Positions 42,401-53,764 are shown, counted from the whole stretch's first letter. The stretch: 59,924 bases of DNA, filler included, from Stramenopiles sp. TOSAG23-2 (GCA_900128395.1; 3 parts of 3 records of this genome joined end to end with filler, not necessarily neighbours in it); one strand, 5' to 3'. Notes: generated by a model from the sequence alone, not told the origin. Made by a program: numbers and translations.

Positions 42401-45400
42401 ATGGCATCACTTGCAGGTACAGTACGCTGGTGGGAAAAAGTAGAGGAACCAACAACTGTATGGCAAGCACTATTAACGGATGACGGTTTAGAATATTACG
42501 TAAATACGGAAACAAATGAAACCACATGGGAGAAACCAGAAGAATTAATGTCTACGGAAGAATTAAATGCACGTGGTGATTGGGTATGGGCTCCACATAA
42601 TTTAAATGTATACGTTCCTGCAAAAATTGTTGCAACGCGTGGTAAAAAACACAAGGTGCAACACGAAGATGGCAATGAAGTTACAGTAAAGAAAGCAGAT
42701 TGTATGCCATGTATGCGGTCATGGTTGCAACGGGTTGTGCCAGATTTGACATTATTGGATGATATGGGTGCACCATTAATTTTGCATAATTTACGAAAAC
42801 GTTTTGAAGATAAAAAAGAAATTTATACAAATGTTGGCAATATCTTAATATCTATCAATCCATATACCATGTTGCCATTATATAACAAAGATATGGTACG
42901 AAAGTATAGTTCTAGAAAATTTGGTCAAGAACTTCCACCACACGTTTATAATATTGCACATGATTCCTTCTACGGATTAACATCCTTTCAACAATTACAA
43001 AGTATTATTATCAGTGGGGAATCTGGTGCTGGTAAAACAGAGGCAACAAAACAATGTTTGCAATATTTAGCAGCAGTTGCCGGTAGTAAAAACAATGTTG
43101 AGAATAAAATATTAAAAGCAAATCCAGTATTAGAAGCATTTGGTAATGCTAAAACAATACGCAATGATAACTCTTCTCGTTTTGGAAAATATATTGAAAT
43201 ATATTTTGATGGAAATGGAAAAATTTGTGGTAGTGAAATACAAAATTATTTATTGGAGAAAATAAGAGTTGTCCAACCTGCAAAAGATGAAAGAAATTTT
43301 CATATTTTTTATCAATTATGCGAAGCGGCGGATTCGAATTTAAAAAAGAAGTTAAATTTAGCAAATAAAAATGCTAATGATTTTAAAATTTTAAAAAGTT
43401 GCATTAACGTAAGCACGATCGATGATACAAAAGATTTCAAAGAGGTACAACATGCATTTGAAGAATTAAATTTTAAAAAGACAGATAATGAGATATTAGG
43501 TTTATATTCCGTTGTTGCAGCTGTTTTAAATTTAGGAAATGTTGAATTTGCTGAAGGAAAACCTGATGAGAGTGTTGTCAAAGGCAATACAAAAGAATAT
43601 GTCGCAGCAGCAGCAAAATTACTACGCGTTGATGAGGAGATTGTAAACAATAGTTTAATCACACGTACAATTCATATCATGGGGTCACAAGGTGGGGATA
43701 CAATATGTGCACAAACACCAGAAGCAAGTGAATTTGCACGTGATGCATTATGTAAATTTATATATAGCAAAATGTTTGATTGGCTCGTAACTCGCTTGAA
43801 TGAAAGTATGGGTGGGGAAAAGCACCCATTATACATTGGCATATTGGATATTTTTGGTTTCGAAATATTTCAACACAATAGCTTCGAACAACTATGTATT
43901 AATTTTACAAATGAAATGTTGCAACAACATTTTAACAACAATACCTTTAAATTGGAGGAAAATATTTACAATCAAGAAGGAATTGATTGGAAAGCAATTG
44001 ATTTCATTGATAATGAACCAATGATTGATTTGATTACAAAGAAACGTACGGGGATTTTACCTATTTTAGATGAAGAGTTGAAAGTTCCAAATGGAAGCGA
44101 TAAAGGCTTTTTAAGAAAATTAGAAGATAAGCAAATGACAAGTCCTATTTTCAAACGCGCTCGTAAAGACCCAATGCATTTTGTCGTACAACATTATGCT
44201 GGAAAAGTTGAATATGATGCAAATCATTTCTTGGAAAAAAATCGTGATACGTTGAATCAAGATATGATCGAGATGTTGCAGAAAAGTACACATCCATTTA
44301 TCAATGCGTTGTACCCACCATCAGAAAGTATGTCTAGTTCGGATCGTAAAAAAAGTTTAGGAAAAGAATTCCATAAGCAATTGAAAAGTTTAATGGGGCA
44401 ATTAAACCGCACGGAACCGCATTATATACGATGTGTGAAACCGAATGATGACAAAGCAGCATTGAAATTTGTGCCAAAAAATTGCTACGAGCAATTGACG
44501 TATAGTGGTGTTTTTGAAGCTGTTGCAATACGAAAGCAAGGTTTTCCATTTCGTTTATCACATGGTGAATTTGTCAAACGATATGCCGTCTTGACAAAGG
44601 GTGATGTGTCTGAAACAGGCCCAACTGGAAAAAACGAATGCCGTAAAATTATCAAATACATGGAATTAGATACTACGAATGTACAAGTTGGTAAAACAAG
44701 GGTTTTATACAGGGCGATGGAATATCGTAAACTTGAATTGCATTGGTCTATTATCAATAAAAATAAAACAATTACAGAAAATTTAAAGCGTTTAGTAAAT
44801 GTCAATCACCAAGTTATGACAGATAAGGATGAAAAAGATGCTTATATTGTCGAATTAGCAGATGCAGTGCGTGAAGCAGACATTTTCAGAGTAAAAAGTA
44901 AAGATGCTGATAAAGGTAGAAAATTATTGGAAAAGTTTGTAGAAGAACGAATGGATCCAACGACGAAACGCCGTTTAAAAGAGGCGAAAGATACGATGGA
45001 TCGTGACAAACTAGATGACGTATTGAAGCATTGTGAACGAGAAGGATATTTAACACAATTGGTAAGAGAGTGTAGAGAAATGTTGGAAAATATTACAGAT
45101 GCAGAGGCAGCATTGGCAGTAGCTACTTCCCAATTAAAAGAAGATTTCCTAGTCAAAGCATTGCAAATGTGCGATGATTTTGGTTACGACGTACCGATAG
45201 TTCAAAATGCAAGAAAGTTGTTAAAAAGTTTACGAAAAGCGGAGGAAGGTTTCAAAAAGATTTTTACCCGTGCTCCTAAATACAATTTTAAAGTATTGAA
45301 AAAAATTGTAAAATTTTGCCAAAAAGAGAATTTAACTTCCATGCCAAATTATCCTCGTGGCCACTTATTGTTGCAAAAGTTGTCGAAAGCACGGGAAATC

Positions 45401-46573
45401 CTGAATGCTGCTTATGATGCTGTAGAGGAGGATAAGCTAAAGAAAGCAATTGAATATTCAAGTCAAACTATTTTTGATGGGACAAAATATAAATGTCAAC
45501 TTTTAACTGATTGCAAAGAATTATTGCAACGTGTACAAAAAATTAGCAAAGAAGCGAAAAAAGCAATTGAACAGTGCATTGAGGATCAAGTCAGAACTGT
45601 GGTTAGTGCAGCAGATGATATACGTATGAATACAAAAAATATCAGAAAATTACGAAAATTGGTTGATGGACCATATAGTACATTTTTAAATGAACAATTT
45701 AAATGTGCAAAGAGATGCAAAGATGATCTACGTGCAGTTCGCGTCTCGGTATTGAAGAAGAATTTAGAAGTTGAAGACGATACTGGAAATGTGTTTGCTG
45801 CTGCGAAATTTGATGGTTTAAAGGATCCAATGGAGTGGGCAAAAGAACGATGGTTCGGAAACAAGGTAAATATTGCTGAAAAAATGTTAAAATTTCAAAA
45901 AGAAACTATACATAGTCCATTGACGAAAAAAGCGGTAACTGGTTCAGATAAGAAACATTTAAAAATGATCAACAAATATGTGAAAAATAACTTCGATACC
46001 GTACAAAAATATATGGGGCAACGAAATTCAACGCATATGCCACAGCGATTGGAAGAAATTTTGCAACGTAGTGTAACAAATGAAGAATTGCGGGATGAAG
46101 TATATTTAGCTTTTATTAAGCAATGTACTGAAAATCCAGGTGAAAGTAACCCAAAGATTGGTGATGTTGAAGCACGTGCATTTGAATTATTAGCATTATG
46201 TTTGACAACCTTTCCACCATCAGAACCATTTCAAGATTATTTAGAAAGCTTTGTACGACAAAAAAAATACAAAGAACATACCGATAAATTTAATCATCCA
46301 TTTTTAATTTCAAGGATATGTTATTTTGGTGCAAGTAATAATGTTCCAAAACGTTCGGATTTTGATATAACGAAAATGCATGTAGGTCGTAAATGCCAAG
46401 AAAATGCTGCATTAGATGTGTTAACACCTCGATTAAAATTAACCGACGCTAATGATGTAATATATACAGTGAAAAATTGCTCATGGAGTGGTTTAAGAAA
46501 ACGCCGTGGGAGTGTTGGCGAGGAAGTATTGAAAGATTTAAAACGCGATTGGGGAAGTGCACATGAAATTTAA
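42401..46573 (+). CDS. Unconventional myosin: WW - SH3-like - motor - helical tail - MyTH4 (class IV-like)
   Basis: WW YYVNTETNETTWEKP; GESGAGKT; LEAFGNAKT..NSSRFGK; LDIFGFE; MyTH4 LRDEVYLAFIKQCTENP..TFPPS. Confidence 0.93.
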   Translation: MASLAGTVRWWEKVEEPTTVWQALLTDDGLEYYVNTETNETTWEKPEELMSTEELNARGDWVWAPHNLNVYVPAKIVATRGKKHKVQHEDGNEVTVKKADCMPCMRSWLQRVVPDLTLLDDMGAPLILHNLRKRFEDKKEIYTNVGNILISINPYTMLPLYNKDMVRKYSSRKFGQELPPHVYNIAHDSFYGLTSFQQLQSIIISGESGAGKTEATKQCLQYLAAVAGSKNNVENKILKANPVLEAFGNAKTIRNDNSSRFGKYIEIYFDGNGKICGSEIQNYLLEKIRVVQPAKDERNFHIFYQLCEAADSNLKKKLNLANKNANDFKILKSCINVSTIDDTKDFKEVQHAFEELNFKKTDNEILGLYSVVAAVLNLGNVEFAEGKPDESVVKGNTKEYVAAAAKLLRVDEEIVNNSLITRTIHIMGSQGGDTICAQTPEASEFARDALCKFIYSKMFDWLVTRLNESMGGEKHPLYIGILDIFGFEIFQHNSFEQLCINFTNEMLQQHFNNNTFKLEENIYNQEGIDWKAIDFIDNEPMIDLITKKRTGILPILDEELKVPNGSDKGFLRKLEDKQMTSPIFKRARKDPMHFVVQHYAGKVEYDANHFLEKNRDTLNQDMIEMLQKSTHPFINALYPPSESMSSSDRKKSLGKEFHKQLKSLMGQLNRTEPHYIRCVKPNDDKAALKFVPKNCYEQLTYSGVFEAVAIRKQGFPFRLSHGEFVKRYAVLTKGDVSETGPTGKNECRKIIKYMELDTTNVQVGKTRVLYRAMEYRKLELHWSIINKNKTITENLKRLVNVNHQVMTDKDEKDAYIVELADAVREADIFRVKSKDADKGRKLLEKFVEERMDPTTKRRLKEAKDTMDRDKLDDVLKHCEREGYLTQLVRECREMLENITDAEAALAVATSQLKEDFLVKALQMCDDFGYDVPIVQNARKLLKSLRKAEEGFKKIFTRAPKYNFKVLKKIVKFCQKENLTSMPNYPRGHLLLQKLSKAREILNAAYDAVEEDKLKKAIEYSSQTIFDGTKYKCQLLTDCKELLQRVQKISKEAKKAIEQCIEDQVRTVVSAADDIRMNTKNIRKLRKLVDGPYSTFLNEQFKCAKRCKDDLRAVRVSVLKKNLEVEDDTGNVFAAAKFDGLKDPMEWAKERWFGNKVNIAEKMLKFQKETIHSPLTKKAVTGSDKKHLKMINKYVKNNFDTVQKYMGQRNSTHMPQRLEEILQRSVTNEELRDEVYLAFIKQCTENPGESNPKIGDVEARAFELLALCLTTFPPSEPFQDYLESFVRQKKYKEHTDKFNHPFLISRICYFGASNNVPKRSDFDITKMHVGRKCQENAALDVLTPRLKLTDANDVIYTVKNCSWSGLRKRRGSVGEEVLKDLKRDWGSAHEI

Positions 46574-46807
46574 AATTATATTTTGTACGGTAGTTATAGA
46601 ATATTTTTGCGTGTCGGTATTTTATAAGCGTATATATTTTTAAGTTTTTACGCATAATTTATTTTTTAATTTACTTATAATAATTCCCCTGTACTCTTCA
46701 AAAGAATACAATAAATTGAAATAATCTATCTCACACATATATTTTACGCGACTTTTGTATAATATTATTAAATATTACAAAATATATATATCATATCATA
46801 TAAAGGT

Positions 46808-47377
46808 TTATACTAAACATTTCACAGTAAATTTCACTTTTGGTAACTCATCACATTCCGCATTGACTGTGCAACTAACTCCTAAATTACTCAATGCACC
46901 GCGTATCAATCCACAAGGAAATACAAGAAATTTTAATACTTCAACATCAAAGTCGACTGCTCCAACAGGGGCAACATTTTTTAACCATGCAAAATCATCG
47001 TCTATTATAACATACGTATCAAAATGATTTGATTTTAACCGTGTAACTTGTTTTTGAAAGATGTATGACCAAAAATCTTTACATATAAAGCGAAAGACTT
47101 GCATTGTATCTGCCATCATTTTCGCATTTCTAGATCTACTCTCCACAATTCTCTGTCCAACTTGAAAGCCAATCGATTCAATGTTGCCTACTGCAACATC
47201 AACTGGAACAATACTATCCCCATTATTATTTACATTACTATTATTACCACCATTATTATTATTATTATTATTACTCCTTCGTAACATTGAATTTACTAAT
47301 TCTCCTAAAAAATGATCTTGTACACATTTCGCAATTAAACTTGGTTGCTTCCTTCTTGCGTTAGTAAGATCCGTCAT
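46808..47377 (-). CDS. TRAPPC6: Trafficking protein particle complex subunit 6 (Trs33)
   Basis: IESIGFQVGQR, RFICKDFW, LKSNH, FPCGLIRGALSNLG. Confidence 0.92.
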   Translation of the reverse strand: MTDLTNARRKQPSLIAKCVQDHFLGELVNSMLRRSNNNNNNNGGNNSNVNNNGDSIVPVDVAVGNIESIGFQVGQRIVESRSRNAKMMADTMQVFRFICKDFWSYIFQKQVTRLKSNHFDTYVIIDDDFAWLKNVAPVGAVDFDVEVLKFLVFPCGLIRGALSNLGVSCTVNAECDELPKVKFTVKCLV

Positions 47378-47729
47378 GATAAACTTGTTAATGTATGTTA
47401 TATTTAAAGAATAAATATTGATTTTGTTTTCATATATATATATATATATACTGTATATAATGTGTATTAGTATGTTATATATTTTAATTTGCTTCTACAT
47501 GGTAATGGTTTTATTCAAATTTTGAGCCTTTGAGATGACACCTTAACCTGTTGCAAGAGATAAAGATCAAAAGGTATAAGATAATAGGAGGAGCTTTAAG
47601 CAAGTACAAATAAACAATATAGTCTATAGTGTAAAAGAATATTTAAAAATGGTGCGCTGCGCGTGAAGCGATCTAACTCCCTTTCCCCTTTCCATAATCT
47701 TAATAAACTCGAAATGTGTTGCAGACATG

Positions 47730-47760
<31 letters not shown>

Positions 47761-47869
47761 TTTATACATGCACACACACATGTATGCAATACATATATAT
47801 ATATATAATATATATACATATATAAACACACATATATATGCGTACATACAGTATGTATGATATACAAAG

Positions 47870-49168
47870 TTAATCGTCGGTTTTACTATGACCAACGCCA
47901 CCAATATTAATGGCAGTGGCTACTTCCGGCTCGCTTAGAAATTCAGTGGCATCACCAAACATTTCACTACTTGATTCCAAATTTTTGATAATTTGAGCTT
48001 TGATATCAGATTTGGTACTCTTGGCAATACGATATGAAATATCATCCATAACAGAATATGGATTTACTACATCACGAACTGTAATTAATTTACTCGTATT
48101 TTGTTTATTATCTTCTTCTACATACATTACAATAAATTCTTGTCCATCTTGTTTGCATTGCTCTCGTCTTCGCTCTTGTAATTTAACAATCTCATTTTTT
48201 GCTCTGTTGATCAATTTTCTTAATGGTCTAATGTTACCAGCACTTAGCAATGCTTTTCTCAATGCACCTTCGTTTTGTGCTTTCAATGCTCGTACAATTC
48301 TTTGTCTTTCTGATTTAATTACAGATAAATCCGAACTTGCTTCGCAATGCAATTGTATATTACCAACATTCGAAATTTGCTCCGTGCAGGATTGATCAAC
48401 TGATACGTCTAGGACATAATCATAATCCAAGGATTCAACATCCTTGATAAAGTATCCTTTAACATATTCAAATGCATATTTGCAATAATCTTTGCACCCT
48501 TTTCCTTTCATTGGTGATGGAGATTTAAAGCTACTGTAAATAATTCTTTCCGATGTAATTTTTCCATAATGCGAGCAGCAGAAAATTCGATAAAATCGTG
48601 ATTGGGCTCTTTGAGCATCATAATAAATAAATTCGTCATGTCGTTCCATCATACTCTGCTCTTTTCTTCTTAGTGCTTCTTTTTCAGCATCCAATTGTTT
48701 TTGAAATCTTCCATTTTTATTAAGATAAATAGAAGCACATTGCCAAAATGCGGTGATTGTCACTGAACAAAATATACCAGCAAATGAACCAATCATAGTA
48801 TTTGTTGCAGCCTCATAGTTCACCTTTTCACCTCGAAACATTTTTTGTATTTGCATAGCTCCTAAAATGGAACCAAGCAAACCTCCTAAAACACCAGCAA
48901 AAACAAGTGCCCATACGTTAAAACGTGCTTTTAAAGTGTCAAGTTTATCTTGCTCGTCCTTATATTGACGCACATCAGCCATAGTTATGTCATTGTTTTC
49001 ATCACCTACTGCAGTATCACCTAAACCAGCAAGTCCACCTCTACCGGCTTGCCTCCTATCACGTGCATTATCTTGTTTTCTCTGACGTTCTAACTCATAC
49101 AATCGTTTTTTATCCTCTACTGATTCACGTTGTGTAACGATTGTATTTGTATGTCCTGTATTAAACAT
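47870..49168 (-). CDS. Two-TM membrane protein with a bacterial-type PH (bPH_2)-like domain
   Basis: Gly-zipper TM (AGVLGGLLGSILG) and a second TM, then ITSERII..LDYDYVLDVSVDQS..VGNIQLH..VRDVVNP. Confidence 0.6.
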   Translation of the reverse strand: MFNTGHTNTIVTQRESVEDKKRLYELERQRKQDNARDRRQAGRGGLAGLGDTAVGDENNDITMADVRQYKDEQDKLDTLKARFNVWALVFAGVLGGLLGSILGAMQIQKMFRGEKVNYEAATNTMIGSFAGIFCSVTITAFWQCASIYLNKNGRFQKQLDAEKEALRRKEQSMMERHDEFIYYDAQRAQSRFYRIFCCSHYGKITSERIIYSSFKSPSPMKGKGCKDYCKYAFEYVKGYFIKDVESLDYDYVLDVSVDQSCTEQISNVGNIQLHCEASSDLSVIKSERQRIVRALKAQNEGALRKALLSAGNIRPLRKLINRAKNEIVKLQERRREQCKQDGQEFIVMYVEEDNKQNTSKLITVRDVVNPYSVMDDISYRIAKSTKSDIKAQIIKNLESSSEMFGDATEFLSEPEVATAINIGGVGHSKTDD

Positions 49169-49494
49169 TATATCAATTAATAATTTGCCCTGTCCCTTGT
49201 TTTTCCGATTGATTTGATACTGTCAACGTTGAGAGTAGTTTATATGTATATACTTCCATACTTATATTTATTTTCTTAAACCATGTGACATATAATATTA
49301 ATAATACGTGTTATTATAAATAATACAAGTAAAACAATTATCTATATCTATATCTCCCGAGAAGATCTGCTGCATCTCCATTCATTCTTTTTTTATTAAT
49401 TTTTTTCCGTACGGTGCTATAATAAGCTGGTACAGTACTGTACAGTAAGAAGAAGCAATCTGGCAATAATACAATAAATTTAATACTCAGGAAG

Positions 49495-50546
49495 ATTTCA
49501 CTACGCTTTGTGTAGTGAAATTGATATTGTACTTATTACTATGGGAATAACATTAGAGTCCTCCAAAATTAAAATTAGCATCGTCATAGCATTAGCTTTG
49601 TTCCATCTTACTTTGTAACTTTTTGATTTTTTGTTTGTACTTATTAAGCTACTATTTGTGATAGGAATATAAATTTTACTTGCTTTTTTTTATATTTACA
49701 CAAAAAAGTGTTTAATTTTCACGTAAATGACGCGTATTACACACACTCATTACACCTTTGATATTATATTTTTAAGAACCAATGTTGACACAAATTTTGA
49801 GATCACGCCATTTATATATGAAAGATGGCGTTTCAACATTTTCACATATGCACCTTCCTTTTACCAATCGTCGAATACAATTTTTATGTCAGAAATCACC
49901 ATAAGAAGGTAGAAAAAGTGCATGATTTTCCATTAAAATGTCACAAAATGTCATATTGTGCAAGAAAAAATGCCAATTTTTGTATCGTACGGTACAAGTT
50001 ACTCTTTGCATATATCATACTGCTAGGCATGTCATTATAATTTATATTGGATACTGTTTGATGTCAATTCAACATGTATATTGAAGATGTGTTCGGACAT
50101 AATAGTGCTATTCTCATGCTATACTAATGCTGTGCTATCTGATGTATGATTTTGCGTATTTTCGCCTTACTTTTTAAGGCAATCATTTTGGTTTTGGCTG
50201 CTATGCACCTACTACCAAATTCACTACGTTTTCCGTAGTGAATTCTTCTAAATATTTTGATATTATGTAGTTATATTTACCTGCTAAGCTCCATCTTTTG
50301 GCCAAAATTTTACATATCCAAAATCGTAGTGAGTGCTGTGTGATGCTATTGCCCATTGATTTATTTCATATATCAATGCCATTTTAACACTCATTATGTC
50401 CATAGTAATCATTTTCTGGAGTTTGATGTAATGCTATTTCCATACAAATAATAATTTAATTACAGGGTTTTGGCCAATGATATGGTAATGCTAGCCAAAT
50501 AAAATTCACGTATTAGAAGATTTCGCTACGAAAAGCGTAGTGAAAT
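49495..50546. repeat. Three 27-bp palindromes (11-5-11) in a long intergenic region
   Basis: 49495-49521, 50218-50244 and 50520-50546; consensus AWTTCACTACG-N5-CGTAGTGAAWT. Confidence 0.85.
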
Positions 50547-51319
50547 TCAAGTAGGTAAATATAGTAGTCAAAACAGTACTTTGGCCTATAAGAAGAGAAA
50601 AATAGCTTTATTTAAGTAGAATCTGTAGTGAAAAGTTATAGAATTAGAATATCAAAACACCTCAATTTCTATGAAATGACAGTAATTTATACTTGAGATG
50701 AATATTAGAATACATACATGTACAATTCATTGCCATAAAATAACACGATACAAAATGGGAATTGTATACAAGAATGAATCCTCCCCCACACCTTTAATTT
50801 CACTGTAGAATAGTGTTAATCATTGTTCTGGCCCCGTGTGCATACACGCACCAACACACTGAACATGGGTTTCAACATATTGTCATAATGAGTTTTAAAT
50901 AATGTATTAATAATAATACAAAAAAAATACATTTTAAAAGTTTTAAGAAGAATATAATTGTCCTCTTCTACTGCCCCCCATGAATTCATCAGTTCCCTGT
51001 TGTGGGAGTTCAGATAAGTTGTCAGTGCTGGCCCAGCTGGAGTGCGAGAGTAAAAAACGCCGCGGCTTGTTGGCACGCAAATGATTTCAGATTCTCTCTG
51101 AGATTACCATGGACACACCATTGATAATACCTTAATATTCCTCGGAGCCACAAAAACAAAAAACACTTTTTATTAAATATAAATATAAATATATATGTAT
51201 ATAAGTACTATAGATAAACAAAAACAGAGAACAACGAAAAGTTATACAAACAACAACGAAGAATAACAACAAGTAACAACAAACAAATTATTAATAACAC
51301 AAAAACAAACAAAGTAAAT

Positions 51320-51852
51320 ATGGGTGACGTCAAAAAAGGTGCAAAAATTTTCAAAACCAAATGCTCGCAATGCCACACAGTAGAAGCTGTAAGTTTTTAA
51401 TACCATTCTTTCTTTCTTTTTTATCGTTATAAAACACATGCTATAAATATATATATATATATACCAACTACATTTATGATTTTATATTATACTTCATCAA
51501 TTAAAGTGAAACAGTTGAACCAATCATAACAACAGAACGATTATATTGAACATCTTTTAACTAACAATATGCATATATACATCACTTCTTATAAACATTA
51601 CAGGGTGGTCCAAATAAACAAGGACCAAATTTGCATGGTCTTTTCGGCCGTATTTCTGGTACAAAAGCAGATTATTCATACTCTAAAGCTAACCAAAACG
51701 CTGCAGTTGAATGGGGTGACAAAACATTATTTGATTATTTGAAAGCACCAAAAAAATACATCAAAGGAACAAAGATGGTTTTTGCTGGTTTGAAAAAGAA
51801 AGGCGACCGTAAAGATTTAATTGCATATTTGAAGGAATCAACCTCTGCATAA
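51320..51852 (+). CDS. CYC: Mitochondrial cytochrome c, 2 exons (51320-51388, 51604-51852), 105 aa
   Basis: [35 protein letters not shown]...[12 protein letters not shown] 215-nt GTAAG...CTAAC...CAG intron. Confidence 0.97.
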
Positions 51853-52241
51853 ATATATATATATTAGCTTACATTTAGCTTTATGTTAAAAAGTTGGTTT
51901 TTTTTTAAAATACCATCATGGATGAAATACTATTGATGAACGTATACGTGCAAAATTATACAAACACAATCAAAATTATATACAAAATCTTGATTAAAAA
52001 ACTTTTCAGTGTTTGCAAAAAAAGACTGCTTAAGTTTGGATTGAAAGAATAGTGTGTACAGAGGAGACCGGAGAGTTTTGTAAAATGTACACCGGATAAT
52101 TTAATATATTATTTTTTAAATTAGTTTTTAAAAAAACAACACAAACACGAATTACATTTTTTACATCTTCTCTTGATTATGCCCTCCTTTTATATCTCTC
52201 ATTATCCCATTATTATGATGTGTGTTGTACACGAAACATCT

Positions 52242-53525
52242 TTACAGTTTGGTTAATATTTGTTGTCGTTGCAAATTTTTGTTCATTTTATTAAACAATA
52301 CCATCAATGCATTCCACAATTGTTCATCAAATTCTGATTTTGCAGCAGTTGCACCTTCTGATTCTTCATCACCTTGACGAACAACTACAATATTCAAGGA
52401 GGGACATACATAGATTCTTTGGGTATTGTATCCCATGAAACATATCAAATCACTAGGCGCTGACGGTATTAAATCTTCATAAATCACCTCAGGATCAATT
52501 GTACTAAAAATGGAAATTGGATTAATATGTTTTCCTTTACCATTTAACCAAAACATATTTGAATACGATGGATTTAAATCCTGCGTCGTTGCATGTTTAC
52601 AAGAATTGATATATTCCCGATCAATTATTTGTTCCTTTGTATCAATGTTGATACCATTATTTAAAATTAATTGCCCCAATCGAATACAATCCATTCCAGA
52701 ACAATGTAAAGATGTTGTTGGTTTTAGAAAATATTTTCGCGCATCAGAATATTTACGATATGTCGTATATCCTTCATAAATAGTTAATAATGTAAACATC
52801 GATAGATATGATGTTATGAAACGCAATAAACGATTGTATTTTTTACCCAACATATATAATAACGATACGCCTATATTTATTGGCGATAACCCATTATTGT
52901 AGAAAATATCTTTGTAATAATTTTGAACATATGCTTTAATTAAATCAAAAAACTTACCAGTACCTTGCCGTGGTTTGAAAATGGGTGTTATGTTTAATTT
53001 AGAAAATAACCATTGGTCCGCGATTGTTTGCAATGGTGTTCTAGATACATTCTGTACAACTTCTTTTAACATATGCCATGCTGATCCTAAATTATAATGC
53101 CATCGCTTACCTGGATCAGTGACATATTTCATTTCATCGTTAAGTCCACATGTCATATTTAGCATATGTGAAATAGTAATTCGTTTTTCATTTTCAAATG
53201 TTGTATTTGACCAATGTTCATTTACTCTTGTATATTTAGATATTGGATCATTTAGACGAATTAATTTTTTTTGCAAGGCAATACCAATGAGTAGCGAGGT
53301 CACACTTTTACTAACGGAAAATACATCACTTTTGTCATCTTTCGTAGTGCCATTAAAATATTTTTCGACTATTAATTTATTATTATGCAAAATTAAAAAT
53401 GATTTCACATGTTTCGACTTACCAACCCAATTTATTATATCTTTTAATCCTGGTAAATCTTTATTTAATTCATATGGGTAAGAAGGGTTTGTACTGAAAT
53501 AATCATCTATTTTTATATTATTCAT
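52242..53525 (-). CDS. Beta-lactamase/penicillin-binding-fold serine hydrolase (class C-like)
   Basis: SxxK FSVSKS, ITISHMLNMTCGL, PGKRWHYN, QRIYVCPSLNIVVVR. Confidence 0.88.
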   Translation of the reverse strand: MNNIKIDDYFSTNPSYPYELNKDLPGLKDIINWVGKSKHVKSFLILHNNKLIVEKYFNGTTKDDKSDVFSVSKSVTSLLIGIALQKKLIRLNDPISKYTRVNEHWSNTTFENEKRITISHMLNMTCGLNDEMKYVTDPGKRWHYNLGSAWHMLKEVVQNVSRTPLQTIADQWLFSKLNITPIFKPRQGTGKFFDLIKAYVQNYYKDIFYNNGLSPINIGVSLLYMLGKKYNRLLRFITSYLSMFTLLTIYEGYTTYRKYSDARKYFLKPTTSLHCSGMDCIRLGQLILNNGINIDTKEQIIDREYINSCKHATTQDLNPSYSNMFWLNGKGKHINPISIFSTIDPEVIYEDLIPSAPSDLICFMGYNTQRIYVCPSLNIVVVRQGDEESEGATAAKSEFDEQLWNALMVLFNKMNKNLQRQQILTKL

Positions 53526-53764
53526 ATGCTTTATTATATGATATAAATAATTATATGTTTATGTATCTAATAATTTATTATGTATTTATATATAATGATA
53601 TATCCTCGTAATTATTTTTGTTTTTCTGTGCAACAGGTATAAGTTCCATGTGTTTTGTATTGGAAAACAAATATTTTTAAATTAAAAAATAATGACAGGA
53701 GCATCAAAATAGAAAAAAAAAAAAATATAGGAAAAAATTATATATATATACGAGTATATATTTT

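Noticed and set aside
47596-47904. ORFs in the (AT)n/(AC)n tract, and similar ones at 7982-8335 and 36211-36659
   Set aside because: Microsatellite translation (YIYI repeats).
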